32,048 nucleotides of DNA from Nanobdellota archaeon (GTDB taxonomy: Archaea > Nanobdellota > Nanobdellia > Woesearchaeales > JAHJBD01), in NCBI GenBank assembly GCA_018813725.1, contig JAHJBD010000045.1:1-32048 (forward strand), in the 5' to 3' direction. The notes beneath the pieces were generated by a model, which was not told the DNA's origin, did not search any database, and worked only from the letters and a program-made list of their open reading frames with translations. Below, in pieces: positions 29,240-32,048 of this stretch (position 1 is the stretch's first letter; each line of letters starts with the position of its first letter). The position numbers and the translations under genes were made by a program.

Positions 29240-29832
29240 TTTTCTGTTATAATCTTGTCAATCTCTTTATTAATCTGTTCAAAAACCTCTTCTTTTGTCT
29301 TAGAAGCGTCAATTATTACAATATTGTCTTCTAATTCATCTTTTAGCCTTAAGAAATTTTTTCTTAATTCTTTCATGAATTCCAGCTTTTCAAACTTCTC
29401 TTTTGCAGCGCCCCTTTTAGATATCCTTTTTAAGGCTATTTCAGGAGGTAGGTCAAGGATAAATGTGATATCAGGTGTCTTGAACTCGATATTTGCAGCT
29501 ATCACTCTTTCTAAGGCTAAACCTTGAGTATGCTGAAAAGCGATTGTTGAGTAGTAATAACGGTCGCAGATGACAATTCCAGGGTAATCTTCAATCTCTG
29601 TTAGGTGTTCTTCCCTGTCTTTTGTGAATAATTCTAAGCACTTTTCTGCAGATGCTTTTGGGTCTTTTTCAGTCTTTAGTATCTCTTGTGCTTTCTTTCC
29701 AAACCTGCCGTTTGTGGGTTCTCTTGTTACCAAAACCTTGTTACCTTTGTCCTTTAGATAAGCCTCAAGGCGCCTTATCATCTCGCCTTTGCCAGAGCCG
29801 TCCAGGCCGTCAAATACTATAAATTTTTTCAT
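29236..29832 (-). CDS. tmk: Thymidylate kinase
   Basis: FIVFDGLDGSGK, TREPT, DR, CDRYYYSTIAFQ and PD motifs. Confidence 0.95.
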   Translation of the reverse strand: MKKFIVFDGLDGSGKGEMIRRLEAYLKDKGNKVLVTREPTNGRFGKKAQEILKTEKDPKASAEKCLELFTKDREEHLTEIEDYPGIVICDRYYYSTIAFQHTQGLALERVIAANIEFKTPDITFILDLPPEIALKRISKRGAAKEKFEKLEFMKELRKNFLRLKDELEDNIVIIDASKTKEEVFEQINKEIDKIITEN

Positions 29833-30344
29833 CTTATCCTTCTGTAGGTTATAAAAGAGAACTTAACCTTTATCTTGTTTTTGATGTCCATGCCCTCATG
29901 ATCTTCTTTATTTATCTCTTGCCACTCGTTTAGGTTAATCTCTGGGTAAAAGGTGTCTGCATCATAGTCATGGTATATCCTGGTAAGCTCGAAAGCATCT
30001 GCAATCTTCATGCCTAGCTTATAGATTGTTGCACCACCGATAATAAATGCTTGATCTACGCCTTTTGCTTTAACATAGTCTATTGCTTTGAAAAAGTCAT
30101 TAAATAAGGTTGCACCTTCTGCTTTATAGTTTGGATCTAATGTACAAACGATATTTTCTCTTCCTGGAAGAGGCCTTGCAAAATCAGGCAAGGAATCATA
30201 AGTTTTGTCACCCATGATACAGGGGTGTCCCATTGTTTTTTCCTTGAAATGCTGAAAATCTTCTTTAATATGCCAGGGGATATCATTATTCTTTCCAATG
30301 GCTTGGTTTTGGGCTATTGCAACAATCACTACTATGTCTGTCAT
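29829..30344 (-). CDS. folA: Dihydrofolate reductase
   Basis: IVAIA, IGKNNDIPW, EDFQHFK, IMG, RPLPGRENIV, IIGG and DTFYP. Confidence 0.95.
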   Translation of the reverse strand: MTDIVVIVAIAQNQAIGKNNDIPWHIKEDFQHFKEKTMGHPCIMGDKTYDSLPDFARPLPGRENIVCTLDPNYKAEGATLFNDFFKAIDYVKAKGVDQAFIIGGATIYKLGMKIADAFELTRIYHDYDADTFYPEINLNEWQEINKEDHEGMDIKNKIKVKFSFITYRRIR

Positions 30345-30352
30345 ATTTTACC

Positions 30353-31219
30353 TCACACTGCTATCTCGAATTTTATCCTTGGATGGTGTTCGTAACCTTC
30401 AACTTCTGAGTCAGTGTATTTCCATTCAAAGATTGAAGTAAAGTTGTTTGTCTTGATTTTTGGGAGCTTTTTTGGCTCTCTTGAAATCTGTTCTCTTAAC
30501 CCATCAACATGGTTCTTGTATATATGTGCATCGCCTAGAAAGCCTACTAGTTTTCCTTCTTTAAGTCCTGTTTCTTTTGCCAATATATGCAGTAATAGTC
30601 CATATGAAGCTATGTTGAATGGTAGCCCTAGAGCAACATCTACTGAGCGCTGGTTCCACATAAGGTTAAGTTTTCCGTCTAAAACAGTTACCTGGTAGCC
30701 ATAGTGGCAGAAAGGCGGGATAACCTTGTCAATATCCATAGGGTTCCATGCTAAAACTAGCATCTGTCTATCATCAGGGTTGGTTTTCAATAGGTCTACT
30801 ATCCTTTTTACTTGGTCAATACCTTTGCCTGTGTAATCAGTCTTATAATCCTTGTATTGTGCTCCAAAATGTCTCCATTGCCAGCCATAGATCGGTCCAA
30901 GGTCACGTTCTTCAAGCATCATCTTTTTTGTTTTTTCATCATGCGCATAAGGGACTATCTTTGGGCTGCACCATTCGTCCCATATGTGGTTATCCCTATC
31001 TTGTAGCCATCTTTTGTCTGATATGCCTTTGACAAAGAATTCTAGTTCTGAAGCGACTAGTCTTAACGGAACTGATTTGGTTGTAAGCAAAGGAAATCCC
31101 TCTTCCATATTATGCTCAAACATTTCACCAGCTATAGCTATAGTTCCTACTCCTGTCCTATCTTGTTTTGCTACTCCTGTCTCTAGAATCTTCTTTACAA
31201 TGTTTAAGTATGCTTGCAT
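30353..31219 (-). CDS. thyA: Thymidylate synthase (ThyA)
   Basis: DRTGVGT, FPLLTTK, IWDEW, LGPIYGWQWR, PFCH, QRSVD, PFNIASY and DAHIY. Confidence 0.97.
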   Translation of the reverse strand: MQAYLNIVKKILETGVAKQDRTGVGTIAIAGEMFEHNMEEGFPLLTTKSVPLRLVASELEFFVKGISDKRWLQDRDNHIWDEWCSPKIVPYAHDEKTKKMMLEERDLGPIYGWQWRHFGAQYKDYKTDYTGKGIDQVKRIVDLLKTNPDDRQMLVLAWNPMDIDKVIPPFCHYGYQVTVLDGKLNLMWNQRSVDVALGLPFNIASYGLLLHILAKETGLKEGKLVGFLGDAHIYKNHVDGLREQISREPKKLPKIKTNNFTSIFEWKYTDSEVEGYEHHPRIKFEIAV

Positions 31220-31278
31220 TTTACCCCTGATAAAATAAAACCGATTAGTTTATATATTTTTTTATAATCAATCGCTAT

Positions 31279-31821
31279 ATGCTGATAGGACTTACAGGAA
31301 CAATGGCTTCTGGCAAGGGGACAGTAGCTGAATACCTGAAAAATAAAGGTTTTGAAGGGTATGTATTTTCTGATGTTATCAAAGAAGAGGCAAGGAAGCG
31401 CGGGCTCGAGATTACTAGAGAGAACCTGCAGAAAACCGGAGATGCGCTTAGAAAAGAGCATAAGAATGAAGGGATTCTTGCAAAAAAATTGCTTTTAAAG
31501 ATCAAATCAGACAAAGCGTTTGTAGATGGTGCAAGAAATGCTGACGAGATACATGAATTAAGAAAAAGAAAAGATTTTGTGCTTATAGCTGTTGATGCTC
31601 CTCAAAAGGTAAGGTTTGAAAGGCTTAAGTCAAGGGGAAGGTCTGGTGATCCAAAAACATTTGAAGACTTTAAGAAATTAGATGACCTTGAGAATAAAAA
31701 ATTGGGCGGGGGCCAGGAGATCAACAAGTGCATGGCACTTGCGGATCATAAGATAGAAAATACTGGTGATGTAAAAGAACTTATAGCAAAAATAGAAAAA
31801 ATATTATCTCTTCTTGAATAA
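31279..31821 (+). CDS. P-loop nucleotide kinase, archaeal dephospho-CoA-kinase-like
   Basis: IGLTGTMASGKGT, SDVI, DGAR, RFERL..RGR.GD and AD..IEN motifs. Confidence 0.82.
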   Translation: MLIGLTGTMASGKGTVAEYLKNKGFEGYVFSDVIKEEARKRGLEITRENLQKTGDALRKEHKNEGILAKKLLLKIKSDKAFVDGARNADEIHELRKRKDFVLIAVDAPQKVRFERLKSRGRSGDPKTFEDFKKLDDLENKKLGGGQEINKCMALADHKIENTGDVKELIAKIEKILSLLE

Positions 31822-32048
31822 TTTCTCAGCTGCTTTTCTTTCCTCGAACAGCTCTTTTATGCTTTCATAGACTTTTGCTTTGTTTGCGTCATTTAGCTTA
31901 TTGTATTCTTGAAGAAGCTCTAGGTAGATTTCCTGAGCCATCTTAAAGTCAAACCTGATAAGCGCTGACCTTGAATCAAATATCCTGTCTTCCATGTATT
32001 TTACTGGATCTGTAATCTTGCCTTTCTTTGGATATACTTCAATCTCCA
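31804..32048 (-). CDS. C-terminal part of a hypothetical protein entering from beyond the window
   Basis: Frame open from the window end: EIEVYPKKGKITDPVKYMEDRIFD...LFKKR*. Confidence 0.65.
   Translation of the reverse strand, partial: EIEVYPKKGKITDPVKYMEDRIFDSRSALIRFDFKMAQEIYLELLQEYNKLNDANKAKVYESIKELFEERKAAEKLFKKR

Overview
AT-rich, gene-dense archaeal DNA. The class I lysyl-tRNA synthetase, TATA boxes about 30 nt before apparently leaderless start codons, an AbrB-PhoU-type regulator and Cys-rich membrane micro-domains point to a DPANN/Woesearchaeota-like host (inference). Four blocks are present. (1) 1-7.9 kb is an accessory, defence-like region: a translationally coupled operon of a nucleotidyltransferase-like gene, a viperin-like radical SAM enzyme and a histidine phosphatase, divergent from an AbrB/PhoU-like regulator, plus a coupled NACHT NTPase and Ser/Thr kinase pair. 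(2) 8-18.9 kb plus asd at 24.2 kb is an aspartate-family amino-acid cluster (lysA, frameshifted gdhA, dapL, EamA transporter, lysS, lysC, hom, asd). (3) Nucleotide-sugar genes (rmlC-rmlB-rmlD-rmlA-gmd-fcl, a GalU-like gene and a UDP-glucuronate epimerase-like gene). (4) A thymidylate cluster (dut, tmk, folA, thyA). The top find, absent from the ORF track, is a 13-aa Thr-rich leader peptide (MLTTLTSPTTTTA) upstream of hom. It sits in an RNA fold that pairs the leader codons with the sequence abutting the hom Shine-Dalgarno site, making it a candidate threonine-sensing attenuator in an archaeon. Other highlights are a shared palindromic operator-promoter at lysC and asd, an unannotated 29-aa peptide after dut, and start-codon or frameshift anomalies in rmlC, gdhA and the NACHT gene. 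All family assignments come from motif recognition by eye; no searches were run.
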